A DNA stretch of 62,973 nucleotides, filler included, from Octopus bimaculoides (taxonomy: Eukaryota): assembly GCF_001194135.2 (NCBI RefSeq). It is 5 parts of 5 records of this genome, joined end to end, with 100 filler letters (N's around TTAATTAATTAA, not from the genome) between each part and the next. Parts side by side here need not be neighbours in the genome. Positions count along the whole stretch, not along the records: positions 1 to 23,547 come from NC_068991.1; positions 23,648 to 32,787 come from NC_068989.1; 3 more parts are not named here. One strand, written 5' to 3'. The notes under the pieces were generated by a model. That model had not been told where the DNA came from. It saw only the letters and a program-made list of their open reading frames with translations, and did not search any database. Numbering within the stretch: the stretch's first letter is position 1; the number at the start of each line of letters is the position of its first letter. The position numbers were made by a program, and so were the translations under genes. Positions 11,830-25,095 of the stretch are shown here, one piece after another.

Positions 11830-12530
11830 ACGACTGGTACTAAAAATGTCCCTTAATTTAAGAGTATCCCGAAAGGCCTGACTAGAGGCCCACCCTTCTG
11901 AGTTTTTTAACCGCTGCAATAAGTATGTGAATCTGAGTGGGGAATATGTTGAAAAGAATCATAATTAACTGATCCTCCTGTATTTTCTTTTACCCAAAAT
12001 CAGGAACTTTTCAGCACCCCCTCGTATTACTAGACATAATACATGTTGTTATGTGCTACTAACAGTTTCATATGTTGAGAAATAACTCAAACATATTCAT
12101 CAGGCACAAACCACATATAACGAACTAAAAATTGAAACTATTAGTAGCACATGATAAGATGTGTTGTGTCTATCAAATAATATTTATCTCTCACCAGATG
12201 GAATCTTTTTTGTTGATCTTACCATCACGGGACAATACATTGTGTGTGTGTGTGCATACAAACTTGCACACACGTTAGTATATTAGATCTTAGGTCTTTC
12301 ATGAGCCTACAGTTTCCTTTGAAATACAAATGCCAGAACTACCAACAGAACAAAGCTCCAATATCACACTGGTTAACCCTCAGCTATTACTGACTAGACT
12401 GGAACAATGTGAAATTAAGTGCCTTGTTTAAGAACACAATGCTCTTCCTCGCTTGTGAATTGAAACCTTGATATGGTCATGTGTCTAATACTCTGATCAC
12501 TAAGCTAAAAAATCTGCACTATATAGTTTC

Positions 12531-12848
12531 AATGAAGGCGCATGGCCTAATGGTTTGGATAGTCAGTTCATGATCGTAAATTCGTGAGTTCAATTCCCGG
12601 CGTTACATTATATCCTTGAGCAAGGCACTTTATTTCACTTTGCTCCAGTCCACTCAGCTGTCAAAAAATGAGTTGTACCTGTATTTCAAAGTGCCTGTCA
12701 GTATCACGCTGAATATCTCTGGGAACTACGTTAAGGGTACGCGTGTCTCTGGAGTGCTCAGCCACTTGCATGTTGATTTGACCAGCAGACTGTTCCGTTG
12801 ATCAGATCAACTGGAACAATTGTCATCGTAATCGACGGAGTACCAGTC
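12531..12848 (+). mobile_element. SINE family C, full length (tRNA-like head, CORE-like TCCTTGAGCAAG.CACTT)
   Basis: GAAGGCGCATGGCCTAATGG..GAGTTCAATTCCCGG..TCCTTGAGCAAGGCACTT..CTCCAGTCCACTCAGCTG..GATCAACTGGAAC..CGTAA.CGACGGAGT; matches 22500-22800 and 61565-61848. Confidence 0.85.
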
Positions 12849-13788
12849 AGTTATAGTGTCTTTTCAACTAATCTCAGTAGCTACTGACTTTGCTGTAGTT
12901 CCCTTTGATATCATAAGATGATCAGTCAGTGTCAATCTAATGGCATCTCGGTTATCCTGCTTGCTTATTTTCTGTTATCATATTTACGCAGCTTTTACTG
13001 CCGATCATTAAAGCATTGGCAAATCTTTTTTTACAGTTAATTTTGCTGCATTTTCTCTCAATCTTCGCAGTCAGTTAAAATCCGTTTCGTTTATCTACGT
13101 ATGGGGTAAGAGACGTGTGCAAATAAAACATACACAACTAGTCAGACAGGGCAGTTATGGGCAGAATACCTTTAATCATAAGTCTACTTGCTCTAGATTC
13201 ACCTGGAGATGTACAACAACAACAAAAATAACAACAACCTCCAGCAAATAATAAACAGTTAAAATAAAACAGGCAAAGAAAGAAAAAAGCTAGCAACAAC
13301 AACAACAACAACAGCAATTGCAACAACAGCAATTGCAACAACAGCATGAACGACGACTATAGCCAAAGTAAATAAATAAATGCATATGCACGCCTACCTG
13401 TCCTTTTAAAATCACACCTTTCTGTCTCTCTTGTTACCATGGATACAATCAATATGATGTGGATCCTATTTACATTTCGTCATCCATCTGTCGCTTAGAA
13501 TACAACTGAAAGACACATACTCACACATAACACACGCGGAAACATGACGTATGTCTGTTTGTTCTGTTCTTTCATTTTCGTTTCGTTTGTTTTGTTTTCT
13601 TTTGTTGTTGTTTTTTTTCTTGCTTGCTCTTTCTCTCTTTCTCTTTCTCTCTCTCTCCCTCTCTCTCTCCCTCTCTCTCTCTCTCTTTCTCTCTTTCGAA
13701 AGAAGAGACACAAACATACACATGCTCAAATAAACACGCACACACGCACACCCTCACATACACACACTCATGCATACGTGTATGTGTG

Positions 13789-13832
<44 letters not shown>

Positions 13833-14185
13833 CATACGCATTCGTTTACATGAAGACCATCATGCATACACAAGGGCGCGCATTTATATTTATTCTCATA
13901 TCCAAACACACACACATACATACATACTTACATACACATATGCATACATACACATACATACACACATACATACATACAGGCGCTCATACGAGCGGTCACA
14001 CGAGAAAACTACACACACATACTCTCACATACAAACACACACTCTCTGTCACACCCACATACAGGTACACACACACATTCATACACACACACATACACTC
14101 ATGCAAATACACACGGACTCATACATTCATGCACATATCCTCTCATATACATAAACACTCTCGTACATAAGCACACATTTACACG

Positions 14186-14236
<51 letters not shown>

Positions 14237-14839
14237 ACACACACACACACACACACACAAACAGACACACACACTGACGCATACTCACTCACATACACAC
14301 TGATGCACATTCACTCACTCACACACACACACACACACGACACACACACATACACACACATACACACACATACGCAAAACTGACCTCGGAAAGAATAAGC
14401 AATATTAAAACCCTGGGTTGGAGTCTCGACCTCACGTTGAGGTTTATCTCCTAGCAATGCAAAGCCATGAAACCCAACGATGATTTTATTAAAACCACAG
14501 GGATTAAACAAAGAAGGGACAATACAGAGGACAAATGGGACTGTGGACGTATCGAATGATATTACATGAATAAATATATTATAATTTCCGATGAGAAATG
14601 AGAAACAAAAAATGAATGGAAGCGGAATGGGTTTGACCCCACCAACTACATTCCTGCGTTGCCCCGTTTAATTTTGTCCTTTATTTTTTACTCCGCTTAA
14701 TTTGGCAGTTACATACCCAACAACCCAACGAAGTACCTTTTGTACAAGAGACAACATCAGCTGACAACAAACAGATGCAGGTTAAGCAAAGCCAAAGCTA
14801 ATAACATTAGCCAGGTATCACAACTAGCTACGAAAATAT

Positions 14840-14972
14840 ATGTGGTAAGAAGCTTCGCAACCACATGCTCTTGGGTTCAGTGACGCCTTGAGTAGGCCTG
14901 TTTTCTACTATAGCCTCGGGTCAACCAAAAACTTTGAATGAAATTGGTAGACAGAAAACTGTAAGAAACCCG

Positions 14973-15014
<42 letters not shown>

Positions 15015-15220
15015 TGTATGCGTGTGTTAGTGTTTATCCGCTACCACTACTTGACAACCGATGTGGCTTGTTTATGTACCTGTAATTTAGCGGTTCGACA
15101 GTAGTGATCGATAGAAGAGGTTTCAATCTTTAAAAATATATTAGCGCTGGGGCAAATCGCTCGACTAAAACCTTCGAAGCGGTGCCCCAACCTGGCCACA
15201 GTCCAGTGGCTGAAAACGGT
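14840..15220 (+). mobile_element. SINE family A, diverged full-length copy
   Basis: TGTGGTAAGAAGCTT..AACCACATG..GGGTTCAGT..TCTACTATAGCCTCGGGTC.ACC, (GT)n, CTTGACAACCGATG..GGTGCCCCAAC.TGGCCACAGTC. Confidence 0.8.
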
Positions 15221-15352
15221 TTCAATTCCCAAAGTAATTGGTGCGTCGTGTTCTTGTGCAAGACACTTCGTTTCGCGTTGCTCCAGTCTATCCAGCTGTA
15301 AACGAGTTACCCTGCAACAGACCGAGGTCATCTCGCTCACTTATACACCAAA

Positions 15353-15934
15353 GGTCCGCCCGCAAAATTTCTTTTCCCACGAGATTTCCGGACCTCAGTT
15401 ATGAACTTTTTTGCATGTAGCCAATCAGAGCTCTATAGACTAGTGTCATAGAATTAAATACAATAACTATAAGAAATAGATCTATAATTACTACTAATAA
15501 TCTAATAGAACTCATTTCTGTGACGTTTTTTTTTTGTACAAAAGCTCATAAAATAAATAAAACTCGTTTTTCACTGAAGACCACAGGAAAATGCACATGT
15601 GGGACTTGGGACTCGGATAGCCAAAGATACATTAACAATACACACACATCCATAATTCGTGTCAAAGAATCAGTGTGCATTTATAAAATCTTCAAGCAGT
15701 TTCTGTACTTTCATATTCGTCAAAAACATTATTTTTGATTGCTAATCAGCGTATGTGTTCAGTATCGATAACATTGGCATCTGAATGAGAGCATGGCAAT
15801 CGGAGGTTGCCATTTTGAATGCCAACCTTTGTTAACTTGACAACAAGGTCAAGGTGAGCTCTGATTGGCTGTATGCAAATGAGTTCATTACTGGGACCTG
15901 GAACTCTCGTGGGAAAAAAATTTCGCGGCCCGCC
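15353..15934. mobile_element. About 580-bp element with ~80-bp imperfect TIRs (non-autonomous DNA transposon, unclassified)
   Basis: 15353-15433 (..TTTTCCCACGAGATTTCCGGACCTCAGTTATGAACT..TTGCATGTAGCCAATCAGAGCTC) is an imperfect reverse complement of 15856-15934. Confidence 0.75.
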
Positions 15935-16203
15935 TGGCCAGCGAAGTGGTATCATTTGAAAACTACAACAATACAACAATGCAAGAGAGAGCATTGTGAC
16001 TAGCGCGGTGCATAGCAACAACCGATATAATATATATATATATATATATANNNNNNNNNNNNNNNNNNNNNNNNNNNNNNNNNNNNNNNNNNNNNNNNNN
16101 NNNNNNNNNNNNNNNNNNNNNNNNNNNNNNNNNNNNNNNNNNNNNNNNNNNNNNNNNNNNNNNNNNNNNNNNNNNNNNNNNNNNNNNNNNNNNNNNNNNN
16201 NNN

Positions 16204-16234
<31 letters not shown>

Positions 16235-16457
16235 GGGGGAAAGCTAGGAGAAAAAGCGAAAATGCACATTGGAAATCAAAAAAAGTAAAGGCTTTTTATG
16301 AAAAGTACCGATAGATATATACAATTAGATGAACTGAGGTAGGAATAAAAGTAATAAAAGTCATTATTGTGAATTGTTAGAGATTCAAAGGCATACCGGT
16401 TTCGTAAATTACTGCTCACTAGCTTTACATAACTATGTATATACATATATATACATA

Positions 16458-16497
<40 letters not shown>

Positions 16498-16615
16498 NNN
16501 NNNNNNNNNNNNNNNNNNNNNNNNNNNNNNNNNNNNNNNNNNNNNNNNNNNNNNNNNNNNNNNNNNNNNNNNNNNNNNNNNNNNNNNNNNNNNNNNNNNN
16601 NNNNNNNNNNNNNNN

Positions 16616-16675
<60 letters not shown>

Positions 16676-16719
16676 ACTCAGAGAGAGAGGTGGAGAGTGA
16701 GGGAGAGTGAGGGAGAGGC

Positions 16720-16925
16720 AAATCAAAAATAAACAAAACTAAAAGCACAAACAATGAAAGTGAAAAAGATGAACACAGTGAATGCAGATTAACGCTCAAT
16801 TTAAAATGAAAAAAAAGAGGGGTATGACGTTTCGAGCATGGCTCTCCGTCAGAAAGAGGTTACAGGAAAGGTCCGTCCGGAGAGAAGGAAAAGAATAGCC
16901 CGAGAAAAGCTGAAGTGGCCGATAT
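16720..16925 (-). mobile_element. Penelope-like terminal-repeat fragment with decayed hammerhead-like motif
   Basis: Same layout as 2100-2295; motif at 16822-16856. Confidence 0.45.
16822..16856 (-). ncRNA. Decayed minimal hammerhead-like motif
   Basis: Minus strand: CTTT-CTGACGG-A-GAGC-cat-GCTC-GAAA-C-GTC-ATAC. Stem II is perfect and the triplet is GUC, but A9 is G and stem I does not pair. Confidence 0.45.
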
Positions 16926-17109
16926 ATATATGGCTCCAATTTTTTTCAGTTATCTATTCACACACGACAGCAGCCCAAACGCAAACCTGGAAGTACGTAT
17001 GATATTACTACTGGATAGCACAGAGTGAAATCTGAAGGTGGACGAGCTTTATATTGTACTCCATACGGTCTTCACAGAATATACCATAACTATATATATA
17101 TATATATAA

Positions 17110-17271
17110 TTAACATAATAGGGTAAAAATTCGATATTAATTAATATCAATGTAATACCAGGAAATTAGCACATTAAAAGAATCAGAAGGTTCAGAAAAA
17201 AAATTTCCGAGATCCTAAGAGGATTATAGTACTTGTGTATATAAAAACGACCAGAAAGTGATCTTTTTCTA
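17110..17271. repeat. Dispersed repeat family X, copy 2
   Basis: Homologous to 1-125; runs into a gap. Confidence 0.75.
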
Positions 17272-18000
17272 NNNNNNNNNNNNNNNNNNNNNNNNNNNNN
17301 NNNNNNNNNNNNNNNNNNNNNNNNNNNNNNNNNNNNNNNNNNNNNNNNNNNNNNNNNNNNNNNNNNNNNNNNNNNNNNNNNNNNNNNNNNNNNNNNNNNN
17401 NNNNNNNNNNNNNNNNNNNNNNNNNNNNNNNNNNNNNNNNNNNNNNNNNNNNNNNNNNNNNNNNNNNNNNNNNNNNNNNNNNNNNNNNNNNNNNNNNNNN
17501 NNNNNNNNNNNNNNNNNNNNNNNNNNNNNNNNNNNNNNNNNNNNNNNNNNNNNNNNNNNNNNNNNNNNNNNNNNNNNNNNNNNNNNNNNNNNNNNNNNNN
17601 NNNNNNNNNNNNNNNNNNNNNNNNNNNNNNNNNNNNNNNNNNNNNNNNNNNNNNNNNNNNNNNNNNNNNNNNNNNNNNNNNNNNNNNNNNNNNNNNNNNN
17701 NNNNNNNNNNNNNNNNNNNNNNNNNNNNNNNNNNNNNNNNNNNNNNNNNNNNNNNNNNNNNNNNNNNNNNNNNNNNNNNNNNNNNNNNNNNNNNNNNNNN
17801 NNNNNNNNNNNNNNNNNNNNNNNNNNNNNNNNNNNNNNNNNNNNNNNNNNNNNNNNNNNNNNNNNNNNNNNNNNNNNNNNNNNNNNNNNNNNNNNNNNNN
17901 NNNNNNNNNNNNNNNNNNNNNNNNNNNNNNNNNNNNNNNNNNNNNNNNNNNNNNNNNNNNNNNNNNNNNNNNNNNNNNNNNNNNNNNNNNNNNNNNNNNN

Positions 18001-18047
<47 letters not shown>

Positions 18048-19399
18048 CAGAAAGAGAGAGAGAAAGTGAGTATTAAAGAGTATCTTGGCGAATACCGTAT
18101 TATCTCGCAAATTGGTATAGATGCCGGCTTTCTATAACGGTCTAAATTACATGGTACTCAAGCTTAAAAGAGATACTGGTAATCACTCGTCGGGTAGTTC
18201 GTGTGTGATGGACCCTTGATGAAATTACAGCAACTAGGGTGCATAATTGCATACGGAGAAATGTGCAGTTGCTGTCGTCGAAACATATGTAGGTCAGAGT
18301 GATAAATGCTGCAGAAAAATATTTAATAAAAAAGCTTTGGATGAGAATAAATCTCCACTCTCCTTTATATATATACGTACGTACGTATCTATGCATGTGT
18401 GTGTGTATGTATGTATGTATGTACGTATGTACGTATGTATGTATGCATGCATGTATGTATGTATGTATGTATTTATACACTTTTTGTATACATGTATAAA
18501 TATATATGCGTACATATGGGTACGAGTTTGCGTCCCGGAGCCGCCTGCTGGCAGCTTTTTTTCCGTCTTATAAGAGTAAATACCCAATCTTTCTCTGCTG
18601 TACTTTCAGCTTTACTGCGTTCGAAATTTACTTTCATTATATATATATACATATATACATACATATATATTTATATATATACATAAATATATNNNNNNNN
18701 NNNNNNNNNNNNNNNNNNNNNNNNNNNNNNNNNNNNNNNNNNNNNNNNNNNNNNNNNNNNNNNNNNNNNNNNNNNNNNNNNNNNNNNNNNNNNNNNNNNN
18801 NNNNNNNNNNNNNNNNNNNNNNNNNNNNNNNNNNNNNNNNNNNNNNNNNNNNNNNNNNNNNNNNNNNNNNNNNNNNNNNNNNNNNNNNNNNNNNNNNNNN
18901 NNNNNNNNNNNNNNNNNNNNNNNNNNNNNNNNNNNNNNNNNNNNNNNNNNNNNNNNNNNNNNNNNNNNNNNNNNNNNNNNNNNNNNNNNNNNNNNNNNNN
19001 NNNNNNNNNNNNNNNNNNNNNNNNNNNNNNNNNNNNNNNNNNNNNNNNNNNNNNNNNNNNNNNNNNNNNNNNNNNNNNNNNNNNNNNNNNNNNNNNNNNN
19101 NNNNNNNNNNNNNNNNNNNNNNNNNNNNNNNNNNNNNNNNNNNNNNNNNNNNNNNNNNNNNNNNNNNNNNNNNNNNNNNNNNNNNNNNNNNNNNNNNNNN
19201 NNNNNNNNNNNNNNNNNNNNNNNNNNNNNNNNNNNNNNNNNNNNNNNNNNNNNNNNNNNNNNNNNNNNNNNNNNNNNNNNNNNNNNNNNNNNNNNNNNNN
19301 NNTATATACACACATACATATATATATATATGTACCCACGCACGCACGCACGCACACACACATATACACACACACACACGTATAGCTAGCTAGCTAAAG

Positions 19400-19447
<48 letters not shown>

Positions 19448-20121
19448 GTGCTCAACCGACTGTCATTGAAGGGATGTATGTATTTTTGTATGTATATTTT
19501 ATTTTGCACATATGTATGTATGTATGTATGTGTGTATGCATGCATGTATGTATGAATGAATGTATGTATGTACGTATCACTGAATCGCATGAATTCGATA
19601 TCTTCTCGAGAATGTTTTGTCATGAGAATACAGTGTCAAGAAAAACAGAATGGAGCCAATATTTAAAAATATAAATAGGTGCAATCAGTTCACGGTAACG
19701 GAAGCTACACTAAAATGAAACCGGAAGCTGGGTGTAGAGTTGGTCAGAAATGAAGAATTCAGGCGATAAATAAAGGATAAATTAAAGACAGAGAAAGTAT
19801 ATTGACAAAAAAAAACAGAGAAAATGACGGTACCTATTGCGAAAGTTTCAACTCAGGCGACATGTATGTGTGTGTTTGCACGTGTATATATATTTATGTG
19901 AGCGTGTGTGTATGCATTTGTGTTTGTATTTATATGTGGAGAGAGCACACGCATACACACACACAAGTTTATACACGTATACAAACACACAAGTTTATAC
20001 ATATACATATGCACGTGTCTATATAACATTTATACATACATTTACAGATATATGCATATACATATATATATATATTAATTTAATTTATGTATGTATATAT
20101 TTATATATTTCTTTGCGTATA

Positions 20122-20153
<32 letters not shown>

Positions 20154-21595
20154 TGTGTGTGTGAGCATACATGCACAAAAATGAACACACGTATGTGCAT
20201 ATGTGCATGTACAAAAATGTTATTGCGTCTACCTATATGCACACACATACAAACGCATTATATATATATATATATATATACATGTAAGCATACATGTATG
20301 TATGTATGTATGTATGTATGTATGTATGTATAATTGAATAATTGTATACACCTCTATTCGTTTCTTTTTTAATATTTTTTTTATTAAGTATAATATAATA
20401 TAACCGAAACCGCATTCTTGGTATAGAATGCTCTTCTGTTTTTTGGGGGGCTTTTTCTCTATTGCCCTTGCTGTTGTTGCTACTGTTGTAGTTTTTAATG
20501 CCCTTTTGTTATTTCCACTGTTGTTGATATTGTTGTTGTTGTCGGTGGTGGTGGTGGTGGTGTTGGTGGTGTTGGTGGTGCTTCCTGTTGTCAGTATTGT
20601 CCCTGCTGTTGTTTATATTCATGTTAAATTCTCCTCAATTGCCCCACTAGCACATTTTTCTAATTCTCCCCGCTCCACTTATCACTCTCTCCCTCTTTCT
20701 TCCTATATATNNNNNNNNNNNNNNNNNNNNNNNNNNNNNNNNNNNNNNNNNNNNNNNNNNTATATATATTCATTTGCTGCTCTTTCTAGCGGGTTAGATG
20801 TCCTATTATAGGCATCTCTGTATTTTAATGAATAATATATATATATAGACTAATTTTTATCCTCGCTGGACCACTGGTGGTAAATTAAATTTCAAAAATT
20901 CTTTTGCTGCCCTATGATTTATTATATATATATATATATATAGTTACCTATTTATGTATCTTCTTATCTATCTCTCTATCTGTTTGTCTGTCCTTCTATC
21001 TATATATAACTGCTTTTTGTGATCTTTCACACAAACATACGCTCACTCCCAAACAACCTAACAAAAAACACGTTACATTCTTTCACACTTTAGTCCACAT
21101 ATTCACAACTTCATGTAAATATATTCATATAACGAATAATTAGAGAGACAGAAAGAAAACGACAGTGAGAGAAAGAGAAAGAGAGAGATGGACAGAGAGA
21201 AATAGAAAGAGAAAAAGCGAGCTGTAAAGAGAGGAATGCAGAGAAAGGAGAAAGATAACTGAAGTGTAAAAGAGCATGAAATATCTGAAATATATACATG
21301 CACACACTTCTGTACATGTATAAAAAATAATGGACACATGATTTGTGATGATTTCAGAATCAAGGCATTGCTTGTATTTTTTATGGGGAAGCAAAAGAAA
21401 AGCGTAACAAAAAAAAATAAATAAAATAGGTTGTAGTGGAGTGGAATTTTTCTAATTGTCACAGAAATGTGGAATTCGGAGGGAAAGGACCATTGTAGAA
21501 TTCTTAGGAAATTCACTATGAAACACTGAAGAAACGACCAACTTAAAGCCAGGTAGTGCAGCACCATTTTTGATCTTCTGTGTTAGCTCTGTATA

Positions 21596-21730
21596 ATGGC
21601 GACGAATCGGTAGTGACGTTAGGCGTCCCACGGGGAATTAGTTTCCGTATCTGCTGCAACTCCTTTACGTTATAAGTTCAAATCCGGCTGAGATCAGGTT
21701 TGCGTTCCGTCTTTTTCAGTACAGAGATCG
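21596..21730 (+). mobile_element. SINE family B head, heavily decayed
   Basis: GGCGACGAATCGGTAG..CGTTAG..TTACGTT.TAAGTTCAAATCCGGCTGAG.TC..TTTGC. Confidence 0.55.
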
Positions 21731-21731
21731 G

Positions 21732-21763
<32 letters not shown>

Positions 21764-22305
21764 CTCCCTCTCTCTCTCTCCCCCTCTCCCTCCCTCTCTC
21801 TCTCTCTCTCTCTCTCTTTCTCCCTCTCTCTCTCTCCCCCTCTCCCTCCCTCTCTCTCNNNNNNNNNNNNNNNNNNNNNNNNNNNNNNNNNNNNNNNNNN
21901 NNNNNNNNNNNNNNNNNNNNNNNNNNNNNNNNNNNNNNNNNNNNNNNNNNNNNNNNNNNNNNNNNNNNNNNNNNNNNNNNNNNNNNNNNNNNNNNNNNNN
22001 NNNNNNNNNNNNNNNNNNNNNNNNNNNNNNNNNNNNNNNNNNNNNNNNNNNNNNNNNNNNNNNNNNNNNNNNNNNNNNNNNNNNNNNNNNNNNNNNNNNN
22101 NNNNNNNNNNNNNNNNNNNNNNNNNNNNNNNNNNNNNNNNNNNNNNNNNNNNNNNNNNNNNNNNNNNNNNNNNNNNNNNNNNNNNNNNNNNNNNNNNNNN
22201 NNNNNNNNNNNNNNNNNNNNNNNNNNNNNNNNNNNNNNNNNNNNNNNNNNNNNNNNNNNNNNNNNNNNNNAACGACAGCTCTGTGATTTTTAGTAAATTT
22301 ATCTG

Positions 22306-22364
<59 letters not shown>

Positions 22365-22499
22365 TCATATTTTTTCTTCTTTTTTTTTTTGTTGTTTAAC
22401 ATCATGACAGCAGCCCTGAACCAGCCGATCAATGAACAAACTTGTTCTGCGCTATGTCTTGTTCTTGTATGGAATACTGTTGGCATATTTGAACAGGTG

Positions 22500-22800
22500 C
22501 AAAGGCACGTGGCTTTGTGGTTAGGATAATCGGCCCACGATCGTAAGGTGGTGAGTTCGATTCTCGGTGGTGCGTTGTGTCCTTGAGTAAGACACTTTAT
22601 TTGACTTTCTCCAGTCCACTCAGCTGGCAAAAGTGAGTAGTACCTGTAGTTCAAAGGGCTGACCTTGTCACATTCTATGTCTATGTTAAGGGTACCCGTG
22701 ACTGTAGAGTGCTCGGCCACTTGCCCGTTAATTTCACGAGCAGGCTGTTGTGTTGATCGGATCAACTGGAACCCTCGACATCGTAACCGACGGAGTGCTA
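22500..22800 (+). mobile_element. SINE family C, full length
   Basis: AAGGCACGTGGCTTTGTGGTTAGG..GAGTTCGATTCTCGG..GTGTCCTTGAGTAAGACACTT..GATCGGATCAACTGGAACCCTCG..CGTAACCGACGGAGTGC. Confidence 0.85.
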
Positions 22801-22814
22801 GTTATTTGAACAGG

Positions 22815-23228
22815 TGCACCATCTTGTCACTTGGATCTCCTCGACCGGATCCGGAAGCGGGTCTCTAATTTCATTGGTGTCTCTCTTGCTTCAACTCTGC
22901 AACCTTTGTCACGTCAATGTGACGTCATAATCTTTTCTATTGCTTTGCTATTGCCACAAGAAATGCTCTAATGAACTTACTCTCTTACTTCCAGATTACT
23001 TTATGCCATCCAGTCTGACTTGAAACTCACATCTTCATCCAAATACTTTCTACGGTCGTAGTCTTTTTACTCGAGCTGACAGACTTAAGAATTCACTTCC
23101 ATCTCATTGTTTTCCTTCTGAATTTTTTCAAGTAAATTCATTCCTTTCGTCTTAATTTCTCCTTCATCGTCCCTTGCACTAAGTAGCTTCTCGCCATGCT
23201 TGGGACTTTCTTATATTAACAAAAAAAA
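22815..23228 (+). mobile_element. CR1/L2-group LINE, decayed ORF2 C-terminus plus 3' end
   Basis: Translates APSCHLDLLDRIRKRVSNFIGVSLASTLQPLS, the LDLLDR.Q.R..LQPL.HRR pattern of CR1/L2 ORF2 C-termini. Ends in an A-rich tail. Confidence 0.7.
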
Positions 23229-23547
23229 ATTCTCGCGAGTGAGTGTATGCGCATATTTGTATGTATATAGGTTTATGTATATATATATAATCAAATGAAT
23301 AATAACAGACGATGGATAATTGTCAGCTCATTACAGCTGTTTCTTACACATTTTTTTTTTTTAAATAGAAGAATGAGAACATTACTTCATCGCAAAAAAA
23401 ACCCCGCAATCATCAGATGAAACATAATTTCAAAAACAAAAGAATATCCCAAGAATACAGCAAGGACATGGCTGAAATCTGTCGTCGTGGTTTACCGTGA
23501 AATCCAACCCTACCTGGTGCATATTTTTTTAAGTACCTGATTCTATC

Positions 23548-23647
23548 NNNNNNNNNNNNNNNNNNNNNNNNNNNNNNNNNNNNNNNNNNNNTTAATTAAT
23601 TAANNNNNNNNNNNNNNNNNNNNNNNNNNNNNNNNNNNNNNNNNNNN
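23548..23647. other. Artificial scaffold-join spacer
   Basis: 44 N + TTAATTAATTAA (23592-23603) + 44 N. Confidence 0.95.
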
Positions 23648-24238
23648 AACGCAATAAAATAGAAAACTACCTACTGTATGTATGGCACCGTCTACAGAGA
23701 GAACATGAGAGAGAGAGCCAGAGAAAGAATGAATGAGCAGTTACAGAGTCAATGAAAGATAGGTTATTCTCTGTGAATTAATTTGCCTGTCCGTCTTTCT
23801 GTCTGTGTGACTTTTCTGTCTATAGATATATATCACCATATCGGTATAAATTAGAAAGAAGCTTAGAAAAAATATATCAATAGAAAACAAAACAGTCGCA
23901 TGAATATTAAAAATACAACGAAAACAAACGGGAAGAATAAATTTGATTATCGGATTGGTTTTCCGTTCTAACGTATTAAACGAAGAATCCTAAGTCTTAA
24001 GATAAGCCGTTCTTCTCTACCGACACTTAAAGAGACTTTCTACCTGATGTTAATGTTATTACAGCTTTTATCTTGTCCACAAAGTTCATGCATTTGAATG
24101 TCGTTTCACCTTAGAAAGAAATTACTTCTATTTATCGCTAAAACGAGAAACGAACGAAACCAATATAGTAATTTACTTATTTATTTATTTTGTATTTATT
24201 CTCTCATTTAATTATTTCGTCATTTACTTGGTTTCACT

Positions 24239-24310
<72 letters not shown>

Positions 24311-24555
24311 ATGTATGTATGTATGTATGTATATTCATTTCATTACGTAATATACGTGATATGGCGTAGACAAATGTAATGCAGTAGGCGAACCCCGTTC
24401 AGAAGTTCAGAAACAATAAGAGTATTTTTTTTTTAGTTTTCTTTAATATTTAACGTGCCATTTCTTATTTTCGATCTTTCAACTGAAGCTCATTTTCCTG
24501 TCTATTCCGTTTTTTTTTTACCTTTTTTACTTTCATTTATTTTTGTTTTTTGCAG

Positions 24556-24738
24556 CCATTCAGTCCATTATTTTTCCCAATAACAACATATTCCTATCGC
24601 AATGATGGTACGCAGTATATCTCTCTACCTGGTATTTTTCTTGTTTCTGTTTCAACTCCCGTTGATTCTTCTGGTGGAAAATATAAGATGTAGGGGCGAG
24701 GTGATATATTCGGCATCTTGTCGGCTGCTCGCTACATG
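24556..24738 (+). other. Candidate exon with ATG and signal-peptide-like start
   Basis: Long T-rich tract ending TTTTGCAG at 24555. ATG at 24602 gives MMVRSISLYLVFFLFLFQLPLILLVENIRCRGEVIYSASCRLLAT. Possible donor TG|GTAGGC. The hydrophobicity may simply reflect T-richness. Confidence 0.25.
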
Positions 24739-25095
24739 GTAGGCTTGAAGGATGCAAAACCCAACAAATGCTAAGCCGTAATCCTGCAAAGCGTCGTGAT
24801 ACCTAAGGTGTTCAGCCGGTACCTAAGGGACAGTGTTCAAGTTTCCCAACTATGGAGCCGGTCAGGGAGGACCAGAGAACTAAAAACCCAAAACTTGGTC
24901 CTCTTTCACAGATATCAGCAGTGCGAAGCACTCTTCTTCAATGAGTCCGCAATTACACCAGATCGTCCAAGTCTTCTTAGGACACCAGACTCGCAGTTAA
25001 TGCCTCTACGAATTTCACTGCTGAGATAAGTGAAGCGTCAACAACTTGTGGTAAAGTTGACTACACTTACAGTCTAATACAACACTTGCGTTTAC

